Shown here in pieces: positions 54,277 to 64,000 of a stretch of DNA of 64,000 nucleotides. The position numbers and the translations under genes were made by a program. How positions within the stretch are numbered: position 1 is the stretch's first letter; each line of letters starts with the position of its first letter. The notes below the pieces were generated by a model. That model searched no databases, was not told where the DNA came from, and saw nothing but the letters and a program-made list of their open reading frames with translations. Source of the stretch: Neoechinorhynchus agilis. Taxonomy: Eukaryota > Animalia > Acanthocephala. The DNA lies in the NCBI GenBank assembly GCA_051530055.1, contig CM121341.1, forward strand, positions 17,028,784 through 17,092,783. The letters run 5' to 3'.

Positions 54277-56129
54277 GTTTCGCAAATTAGTTTGTGAGAA
54301 TCTCTACAACAATTCTAACTTTATCATCACGAAGGATTTTCTCTATATGGATTGATAAATGTTATAATTCTATAAAACACATCAAGGAGATCTTTAAAGT
54401 ACTCAACCAAACAATTGGAAACAATAATTCAATTCAAAACCACGGTGAATCGAGAAATTGAAAATGTAAAATAGTGGATGTTTCGTTAATTTTTTATGGA
54501 TGATAAACTGTGGTAGATCTCTTTTTTTCACTCTTGTGATTTTCGCAAGTAAATTTTTTTAGAACAAATACATTATTGACCTTTTTGGAAATTTGAAACT
54601 TTCTACGATCACCAACCAATAGAATAATTATTCGAAATATTCGTTAGATAACAATACCTTTTTATTGTTTATTGGCGGAAACCCTAATTTTCTTGCTCTT
54701 CACTTAATTTAATCGAAATTTTTGATACATTTTCAAAAAATTGAAAGTTTACGTAAACAACTTTAAAGAATTCAAGGGAAAAAACAAATATGAAAATGCC
54801 ATCGTCCAAAATATTGAATTTTTTAATCGTCAAACAGCACACTGAACACCGTATAGATAAAAGCGGATAATGGACGTGCGTTATCTTTGCAATAATAAAT
54901 AAAGGTATAAGAGGCTCTCAGTATCTTTGAGAATGCCTAAAAGCGGTATATGCATGAGATAAATCACATCACGATCATTACTAAAGGTCATGTAATTGAC
55001 ATGAGCGCCTTTAAAGAAATGGCAATTTTTAGCCTAATCACGCGGGGAAAGGTAAGTTATGACCAGAAATGTTTTCTTTTTTTCCGGAAAATTAGAGTTT
55101 TGAATACAAGAAATTTTATGTTCTCTTATACTTTGTAACCAGTGTTCGCGCTAAGATTTGTGAAGTGACGCGATCCATTCTTCCTAAAGAAATTTGGATG
55201 GCATCATACCATTGCATTCCGCCGCGTTCCCGAAAATCCATATTAATATAATGGCTAAAGACGGGTTTTTGAAAAGGGGAAAACCCGGAGACCTGTATGA
55301 TCGTGTAACATTGTTCCAGCTAATTTATCTCTACTTTTTAGGATATCAGTTCGTTAATCTCTCCACGTACACACACATCTTCACCCTTATCACAACCACC
55401 ACCACAACCTATCCAAAGAAGCACTATTGCCTCCGCCACCTCCAAAGACAACGTGAGACGTGTCAAAATAAGCAGTTTTTGGCACTCACACAAGCAAAAA
55501 GGGCACATCGCTAAAGCGAACTTGTTTCTCGTATTAAAGTTGGAATAATGATGAAAATCGAGAAATATCGACCCGCCGCCTCAGCCGAAAAAAACGAAGT
55601 TGCCATGAATGCCGCCAGAGAAGTGTGTGTGTTTGTAGTGAGCAGACAACTTAATCATAAGTATGCGTCCTCGTCGACACATGAACAAAACCCGAGGGGT
55701 TTTCCTTGCACTGGTTTCTTCTAAGACGAAGTGGTTGTAGATACCGAAACCAGAGCGGCTCGATGTCGCTAAGGTGTTCGAATACGCGTTCTTTAGTCGT
55801 CGCATTGAGCGAAATTTATCGACGGCTCAAAGAAGGTCAACAAGAAATGACTGCTGCTTTAGCTCTAGAACTATTAATACTATGAGCATCCAGAAACCAG
55901 GTTAAAAGCTCTTTTGACAATTCTCATCCTAAAATACCAAGATTTTTGCGCATCATTTTAAAAATTCGGCCACGCGGCGAACATGGTCCTCTTCTTTGTA
56001 AATCAAGAAATAAAACGTGTTATTATTATAACTTAACTGTTCTTTAAGTTTTTTTGTGGAGACAGAGTAAAGAATAATCGGTAGATTTTAGCTAACAAAC
56101 TCTCAATGCGAAAATGTCGAAGCAATTTA

Positions 56130-56252
56130 CAACCTTGACTAATGACGTACCAGATTGTGCTTCCGAAATATTGGATTAAATAAATTATTACTTCAATTTT
56201 TCCGCCACACAAAAAGGCATGAGCAATTCAATCTTCAAACAAGCTTAATTTA
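56130..56252 (+). mobile_element. Solo decayed copy of the second hammerhead-like family
   Basis: CAACCTTGA...GATTGTGC..CCGAAATATTGG..AAATAAA followed by the TTCCGCCA..GCAATTCAATCTTCAAACAAGCTTAATTTA tail also seen at 57719-57770. Confidence 0.55.
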
Positions 56253-57577
56253 ATATTTGGTCGTCAACGCTTGGCACTTGTTCGGAATTGTTTCGCAAGC
56301 TGGTTTATTGTTACGAACTTACGAAACAGAGGACGAAATATTAAATTATTTTCTTTAATTCGACTTCACCAAAACAATCTATGGACAACATCTTTACTAT
56401 TCTTTAATTTCCATAGCAAGACTGTACTATTCTCATTGAATAAAACGATCGCCTTTGGTTATAGAAATTGCTAAGAAATACTGGGCTGACACAAAGGTAC
56501 TCAATTAAACCCAACGCGATATATATTCGTAAGTGTGGCATAACACCAGTCCAAAGGAAACGTTCTAGAAAAAATGTTTAATTGGTTCCGGCGACCGATA
56601 TTTTAAGAAAATAATATAAATTTTAAATCTAGGTTGTGAAAGCAAGCCACCCAGTAAAGATTCTATTTTTATAATGAAGACCTTAAATGCAATATGGTAG
56701 GCACGACGAATAAAATAAATATTTAATACAAGCATTAACTCATTTTCCAGAATGTATGTTTACGTTTTTTATATGGGAAACCGATAAAGGCTGTCTTCGT
56801 TGCTTCAGTGGCATAGAAGGAATGACATAGTTTAAATAGAAAAATTTACTATTTTCATCGTTCATGTTAAAATCAATAATCACTGCAATAGATGATTTCT
56901 TATTGTAATAATTATAAAACGATTTAAAAGAAATCAAAATTATAATTAAACTTTTTATATCAATTTAAGATTATTAGATTATTGGGCGGCCATAAGCAGA
57001 TCAAAAATACGAAAAAGTACCCTCTGTCAACCTACGCAAATGATGAAATTATACTATAGAAATTCAGGGAAATGGCTAAAAGTAGAATTCCACTGCAAGC
57101 TGCATTTCCCTTTTAATCAGATATTAAAAGGAAATTTAAAATCTATTTTAAAAACCATGCCATCGATGCGTTAAAAAATTATATGTGCATTCAGTAAATG
57201 CAAATTTCATGTATTCTCGTTGAGAAACAGTCTTGTTACTAATTTAATAGATAAGTCTGGACGGCTTGTCGCATAAGAAATTAAATTTTTGCGATGAAAA
57301 TCCCAAAAGCGAAGGTGTAAAGATTGTACGCTTCCAAAAATCACCCACACGCCAAGCATTTTTGAAATAGCAAATAATACTTGCATGATGGAATGCGTCC
57401 AGACGGTGCATCGCGGTAGTCCCATGGTGAAAACTAGGGAGCTTCCTCTGGGAAAGCACGTGTTCGGATAGTTCTATTTTTATATAATATTGTATAATCT
57501 TAGTTGGTCCGCGGGGTCCGAATCAATTGTTGGCTCCAATTTTTTGCTTAATTTAGTTTTTGTTTTTTAAGTTGGAG

Positions 57578-57718
57578 CAATTTAAAGTAACTTATTGAAT
57601 TCGATATTTCGGCACAATCGTGTGCCTTTATCAAGGTTGCTGGAAGGTTTTTCAAGCGACCTTGATATAAGCACACGATTGTGCCGAAATATCGGATTCA
57701 ATAAGTTACTTTAAATTG
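57578..57718. repeat. Near-perfect palindrome: 64-bp arms, 13-nt spacer, each arm a hammerhead-like motif
   Basis: 57578-57641 versus the reverse complement of 57655-57718 shows 4 mismatches. The left arm on the minus strand reads CC TTGATAA A GGCACA CGAT TGTGCC GAAA TA T C. Confidence 0.9.
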
Positions 57719-60358
57719 TTCCGCCATAAGAAAATGAACAATTCAATATTCAAACAAGCTTAATTTAGTAAAAATTAGAGTATTGCAGGCTTTTTTTAGA
57801 ATTTTTTTTAACCGTAGCAGTATGATTTAATTAGTTTTTCAAAGTGTGTGTGGTAATCGGGAGAGAGAAAATCATTTCCAGATATGGATAAATTTCAAAA
57901 TTAATTTACCGATAAGCTCTCTTTTTTGAAATTGCAATCGTTGGTTTTTGAATTGATGTTTCATAAGTCAATTTTTTATCTCCAACGTGGAACCTGTCAA
58001 ATTCATGCAATATTAAACATTTCTGAATTAATTGCTCCCAGTTGCAAAGTCTGATGGATATGAGAGGAATCATTTACACAGAACGGCAGTCAGAAAACCG
58101 TCAAAAACATCGCCATTTTCTAACTACTTGTGTTGTCAATCGTACAAGAGTTCCATATACTTACACATTAATCATCAACTGTCTCGGCGTTATTTCCCAC
58201 ATAGTACCGATGGGCGAGCTGATATCCGAAACTAGTTCGCATAATCTCAAGCACCTTCACAGTGTTTGCGGAAATGCACCCGGCCGATTTGTTGGGCACA
58301 ATAGGGATGAAAAACAGAAAAATCTTCTTAGGAAGAGCAAGTGCCGCTTATAAAATCACCGCTATCGTTGTCTTGCATCAGGTGGCACCCATCATCTTCT
58401 CTCGCTGTCCTCATGTATGCGCGGACGATATCTGCTTCGGTTTACAGTCGACCACCACCACCAACGATGGAATGCCACGGCGACGTTGACGATGTTGGTA
58501 TGGGCGGCGCTGGTCATCGTGTTCTACTGATTTAGAACGATACCAATGGAACTAGATCCTTGGGCATTGAAAAGGGAATTGTCATCTTCAACAAAAGACG
58601 GTTAAAATGTGTCATAGTTGTGCTTGATTCGCCGTTAATGAATCCCAGGAGGAAATGGAAACGTTTAGATGCATTACAGTCGAATGATTTGGCGGCTTGT
58701 CTTTTAAAAAGATACTCGGTTCGGAGAAGTGCCGGGATATAAATACTCGATGCGATCGGGGACCACGCCAACGGGTTAGAGTAGAACAAGTGTCAAATAA
58801 GCGATTCTCCAGAGTCTAATGGCAAACAATATAACAGAGTGAGAAAAACTGGTAGCCACACGGTGCCGTGTACAATACGAATTGCACAAACACTGTACCA
58901 TTGTTTTCGTTAACTGGAATGTAATTGTGGTGGACTATGTACGCTTGGGTTACATTTTCCTTGTTAAATTTTGGCTACTTCAAATATTGGTTCAGCCGTA
59001 AGCCTTATAGCATTATGGTCCCGAAGGCGTGTGCTGCAGTTCTCAGAGAAAATATACACGAGGTTTATTGTAAATATTTGACTTTCCTTGCATAATACCC
59101 CTATACTTTTTGTTGTTCTTAAAAAATTCGACGTGGTTGTTTATTCTTGATTTGCATACAATCCGTAACGCATTAAGATCAACAATAAAAGAAGGCTGCA
59201 TATCCTATTGAGAATGAGTGATTGCACTTTTGAACTAAGAAAAGTAAAATTATATAGAACTTTCAAAAATTATCCACACTAATGAATTATTAAAAATGAT
59301 AAAGGAGATAATTTCATTGGGATAAAGCTCAATCTTACAGATCACATAGAAGTGTACGTGGGCACATATGAAGTTAAAAGATTACAATGACAGCGGAATA
59401 TCTGAAGGATGCAAAGATTCGTGTCTGAAGTGCCTGCGATCAAGGAGACATGGGACCTTGGAGGCAGAGGAATATGCATATTCTTCAAATTTGAAGTCCG
59501 TAGAACGTAAAGACGGCGTCTTCTACATGAATTATACAAATCATAGATTTCGTTTCAGCTCGAGTCATATGAAAGATTTCATATTTTTTTGCACTAAAGA
59601 TTTTTTTATGATTTGTAAATCCTTATATAAATTTTTTTTATTTCAGCCCAATTCTCAAAAAATATATTTTTATAGCAGTTGTTCATCGGATAAACTCTAT
59701 TATCGCGTGAAAATTAAACTTTTATCGTGACTGAAACGAGCTTCCTTTAAAGGCAAATCAATATTTTCGAAATTTACAGCTGTAGCGTTTCATCTTTGGA
59801 ATTAACTACTAATTGACATCAATGGCTATGAATGCTAATAAAGCAATCAAATTCATTAATTGTACAATTTAGAACGCCGCGCAATCTACTAACCGCTAAT
59901 GAGTGCCCAAGCTTTGAAATCTTAGCATTTGGTAATCCCTAAGTTGGCCGTAATTTCGAATTGTACGAAACTTTTATATTTCTGTTGAAAACCAAAAAAG
60001 CGTTCATCGCAATGAGAATGGTGGTCGTGATTCATTTTCATTCAAAATAAAAAAGCGAAAAATCAGAAAAATCATAACTTAGGCATACAAAACATTTGCA
60101 CTTAATAAAATGCATTTAGGTGTTCGAATATTGATGCGCTTAAAAACATATTTCTTAAGATCATTTTTATTCTTGCGATTCTGTTCAAACCAAGTTTATT
60201 TCCATACAAATAGTTAGAAGAGCTCAATCAAAAGGTTTCAGCCAGAATCACGCTGTTTGATTGATGCGACTTTTGAAGGTTCGTACTTTTTTGCTAAATC
60301 AAACAACTTTACCATGGAGACATGCTACTTTTGATTCATATAAGAATATCGATCTGTA

Positions 60359-60910
60359 ATGAGCAAATATGCTCTTAAACCGATACACTTACTCGTATTT
60401 ATACGCGATCGCCTGCACGAAAAATCGATTATTGATGAGGGCGAAAGCACAAAATACATTCCTGTAAAAGACATCCGCGAATATTGTCGAAAACATAAAA
60501 TCGACGAGACTGAAATATGTGACATGCTACAAAGAATAAAGAGATGTCCAAAGATCTCGGTATCAAAACGAGGCGGCCTTTCAAGTTGCCTTCGGATTTT
60601 GATGGATTATCAGCACGGCCGTGTAAGACCGAACGAATGGAAACAGTTCGTACAAAAACTTGACGAATTTAATTTAAGAACTCTGTGTTGTCGTCACTCA
60701 AAAGCAGATATTATTAATGTTGGCGGAATCGGACCAAAAACCGCGCAATGGCTTTATGAAAAAGGAATAACGGATTTGTCTAAATTAGTCGCAATTTACC
60801 AAGAAGATAAGTTCGAAATTAAGAAGCTTTTGTCAAATTGTCCTCATGTGAACAAAATCCGCTTATCAAAGATTATCGGATGGTTGAAAGCCTACGTAGA
60901 GTCGCATTGA
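60359..60910 (+). CDS. 183-aa protein with a C-terminal helix-hairpin-helix, BAF-like domain
   Basis: Intact ATG-to-stop ORF. IINVGGIGPKTAQWLYEKGITDL...EDKFEIKKLL..C..VN......IIGWLKAY parallels barrier-to-autointegration factor spacing. Confidence 0.6.
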   Translation: MSKYALKPIHLLVFIRDRLHEKSIIDEGESTKYIPVKDIREYCRKHKIDETEICDMLQRIKRCPKISVSKRGGLSSCLRILMDYQHGRVRPNEWKQFVQKLDEFNLRTLCCRHSKADIINVGGIGPKTAQWLYEKGITDLSKLVAIYQEDKFEIKKLLSNCPHVNKIRLSKIIGWLKAYVESH

Positions 60911-61199
60911 GAATAAGATTTTATTAACAGTTCGATTAGTCAGCATCAAAGGTGGAAAATTTTCAAAGAATGGTGAGCGAGATTACACTTGTATATGAAA
61001 ATATTAGAAAATCATAATGGCAAAATGTATCTCCAATTTGTATTAAGCCCATAACGTCTTTTTTGCAAAAATCAGTGATTTAATTCGTCTTGAATTTTGA
61101 AAATCAATAAAAAATTCGAAAAACAACTTTATACGCTTCAGTATATTAAACCCGCTAAAATTCATTTATTTCTTACGAGGAATCAAACTAATCAACTTA

Positions 61200-62520
61200 G
61201 CGGATATTAATGATAACACGTTTTATTAAAGCCAAAAGAATAGAACCCATGTACCTTTGGGTCCTCATGAACACTAGAGTTCTGATTTTTTTAATGAATG
61301 TGGCAGTTGATTTTGGAGTCTTCAACAGGTCCGGTCGGGTGGGGAAATATCCAATCAGATTAGGAAGGTTGGTGGTTGAAAATACAAAAGGTTAGGAGGA
61401 CCCATGTACCTTTGGGTCCTCATCCGCTAATATGGGAATATGCAGTCGAGGGGTGTCCGTTCGGGAGGTAATATCTGGTCGGAGAGATGTCTATTCGGGT
61501 ATGAACTATCCAGTCGAGGACGGTTCGTTCGGGTGAGGATGTCCATTCGATCGATAATATCCGTTTGGGTTGGAAAGTTCGTTCTGGTGGGAATTGGAGT
61601 TTATTGCTTGCAGGAGCGCTTATAAGGTTGGTCTTTCCTCAGAATCATTTCAGTTTATGATATCTGAGAAGATTGGGCAGCATGGAAAAAGGAGCGTAGA
61701 TATAGTGAGGTGCGAGGTATAGGTGGGTGAAACGAATTAGGATTACGAGTGTTGTGCTCGTGTGAAAAAGGAGCGATATGTGGAAGAAATTGTGGTGGTA
61801 GGGTTGAGAGGCGTTTTGTTTGTTTTATGAAAATATCATCAATGCATTTGGTGAGAGGGGGAAAGTGAGTTGTGTAAATTTTAGATACTCTTTTATGAAA
61901 CATTTAAAGACTACGGATTTGAGATTAGGATGGGTTGCAGAAGACGACATAACGGAAGGTGAGGGAGAGTAAAATATTGCAGAAGTAAAATTTGTAGAGA
62001 TCGGGTGTTTGAGGAAATAAATTTTAAAGGTGTTTAGCTTGAGGGAGAGAGTAATGTGCGAGTAACATTTCAAGTTTGATTGGAATTGGAGACCCAGAAT
62101 TCTCAAATAGGTTATTCGTAGGGTATCATTTAGAAGCTCTGGGGAGAATGTGGGGTTGCGGGAGAATGAAGGGATCATTTCGAAGCATTTAGAGGTATTC
62201 AAGTGGACTTTGTGATTGTTGCAAAAATTGTTTATGTGTGTGATTTCGTTGGAGGTTAAAGAGAAGGAGAGGTGGGGTGGTGATTGAGTGATGAGGGTGA
62301 GATCGTCGGCATATAAGAAAAGTTTAGAATGAGAGGAGAAAGGTTTGATGTCATTTGAGTTGTGTAAATTTTAGATACTCTCGTGTGAAGAATTTCAAGA
62401 TTGCGGATTAGCGATTTGGAAATGTTGCAAAATACGGGGTAACCGTAGGTGAGGGATGGTAAGATTAAGCAGAAGTAAGATTTGTAGAGACCGGGTGAAG
62501 GGATTCCTAAATGTCGGAGG
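61200..62520 (-). mobile_element. Decayed L2/Daphne-like LINE, at least two stacked fragments
   Basis: KLFLYADDLTLI at about 62290-62330, RILGLQFQSNLK..SHI, and YLRSFFHAA. 62350-62500 repeats 61865-62010. There are two 3' stem-loops (61243 and 61396). Confidence 0.7.
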
Positions 62521-62930
62521 CGTTTGAGGAGATGAATTTTAAAAGTGTTGTGCTTGAAGGGGAAAAATTAATCATCAATAGAAAATCGTTCGGGGTCATA
62601 GAGTCGAAGTTTTATCGTTATGTACTATTATGTGAATGTTCATTCTACGATCTAGAATACATCGTCGATTTTAAAGGAAAAAATCATCTTCTATTAAAAT
62701 GTTGTAGCTTATGCTTTAAAAACTGAAAGATTATCGATAAAAAGGGTCAAAAAGGGTCGATCAGACACAACGAGTTTTTGTTTTTGGAGTTTGGTGATCA
62801 TAATACCGGACAGAAAATGTTGAATTGAATTGAAATATTGCATTGATCCAGCAAGGAAATGCCGTCAGCGTAAGGATGACTGCTGCGCCGATTTGATTCT
62901 TTATAAAAAATCAGCATACCAACTAAAACG

Positions 62931-62962
62931 TTTTAGATGACTGATCAGGCGAGGTTTATTCG
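62931..62962 (+). ncRNA. 5' half of a hammerhead-type arm interrupted by a CRE fragment
   Basis: TTTTAGATGACTGATCAGGCGAGGTT matches TTTTAGATGACTGATGAGGCGAGGTT at 37965 with one mismatch. Confidence 0.6.
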
Positions 62963-62966
62963 TTAC

Positions 62967-63328
62967 AAGCGACCTGACGGTTTCACGGTTTTTCCATGGC
63001 TGGAGGGAAAACCGCTTTTATGGGATGCGACTTGCGTGGACACGCTTGCCCCCAGTAATTTTCCCTTTTCAAAAAAGAGCCCTGGAGGTTCAGCGGTCGT
63101 AGCTGAGGAACGAAAGCGTTCAAAATATAAAGAGCTGCTAAGGAATTACCATTTCGCCCCTTTTGCCGTGGAAACGTACTCTTCTCGACGATTTGAGACG
63201 AAGGACGAAAAGGATGACAGGGGAACCGTGCTCGAGAAATTTCCTCGCTCAACGAGTCGCAATCGCGATACAGCGAGGGAACGCTGCTAGTATACTGGCA
63301 ACGTCAAGAAGTTCACAGGAATGAAAAA
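62967..63328 (+). mobile_element. 5'-truncated CRE-clade copy (endonuclease region only)
   Basis: KRPDGFTVFPWLEGKPLLWDATCVDTLAPS...HFAPFAVETY, then after a small deletion/frameshift LLDDLRRR..TGEP.SRNFLAQRVAIAIQRGNAASILAT. Confidence 0.88.
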
Positions 63329-63477
63329 CGAAATGATTTAAAACGTGATAATAAAAATTGATTGATTGAAAAAAATGTTTTATTCGGTGGAATGTTTTTA
63401 TCAAACTTCAAAACAAAAACGCGTTGTTCCCGATTGACATTTTTCACCTTTGATCGATAATCTTTCAACGTTTAAAG

Positions 63478-64000
63478 GAACCCCGCAACGTATTCTGGAT
63501 CATAGACTGAACAACAGCACAACCTACTTTTTCTGCTATGGTCAAGGCGACGTGAAGAAAAGTAATTTAACGTTATTAATACTGTCCCAAAGGTAACTAC
63601 GCTGAGAAAACGACCAATCGATTCTTCCGTAGCATCGGTTTGCAAGAATTTACTATTCAATGAAAAAGCTGGCTCTGTTTCCCTGCATAAAATGGCTACG
63701 CTTGGTAATCTGTCTAAAATGTAAGATTTTCAAACACATCGTCTAGCTTTATGGTGTATCCTTTTTTAACAGCATGAAACAGGGCAAGATCATTAATGAA
63801 TCAGACTGCGCGACAGCTCAGAATGGTCTTTCGTTCGTACGACGTTCAATCGAGGAAGCAAATCGACGATTGGTCAATGGTGATTTGTCGACGAGATCAA
63901 GTTTAACACAACTTGAAGTTTACGCCGAGAAGATTCTAAACTTGATCCACGACTTTCAAATAGAGAAAAGTGAATCTTTAAAACTTGAAACGAAACCGTC
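63478..64000 (+). CDS. Partial multi-exon gene of unknown function, runs off the right edge
   Basis: Putative GT-AG introns of about 41 and 52 nt join PQRILDHRLNNSTTYFF (weakly chromodomain-like), VTTLRKRPIDSSVASVCKNLLF and a frame open from 63772 to the window end (MKQGKIINESDC...). Confidence 0.4.

Noticed and set aside
54950-55810. Possible plus-strand exons (for example DISSLISPRTHTSSPLSQPPPQP)
   Set aside because: Splice-like signals exist, but I could not build a consistent model or recognise a domain.
58030-58790. GC-richer segment with ORFs on both strands
   Set aside because: The strand and frame could not be resolved and no motif was recognised; RNA-seq is needed.

Overview
This is AT-rich eukaryotic (most likely invertebrate animal) DNA with very short spliceosomal introns (about 40-50 nt). 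I found no rRNA, tRNA or CRISPR array. The first 24.5 kb is repeat- and transposon-derived: a ~1.12-kb satellite (about 10.5 copies), two decayed CRE-clade non-LTR retrotransposons, a deleted Ty3/Gypsy element and a 189-bp satellite. The rest is gene-bearing: GFAT/GFPT, BLOC1S1 (missed by the ORF track), two mitochondrial dicarboxylate-carrier paralogs, maelstrom, UQCRQ, an ABHD13-like hydrolase and several orphan ORFs, with Penelope-like, RTE, L2-like, hAT and CRE remnants in between. Best candidate for an undescribed system: a family of elements bounded by ~110-bp terminal inverted repeats that each carry an outward-facing minimal hammerhead-ribozyme motif followed by AATAAA. One copy encloses ~20 tandem 189-bp monomers (17664-21600) and another encloses one diverged monomer (37613-38060). 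A related family forms a cargo-less palindrome (57578-57718). Second candidate: a ~287-bp satellite built from the last ~110 coding nt plus 3' UTR of the dicarboxylate-carrier gene, present behind both paralogs, whose 3' halves are nearly identical. All family assignments come from motif recognition by eye, not database searches.
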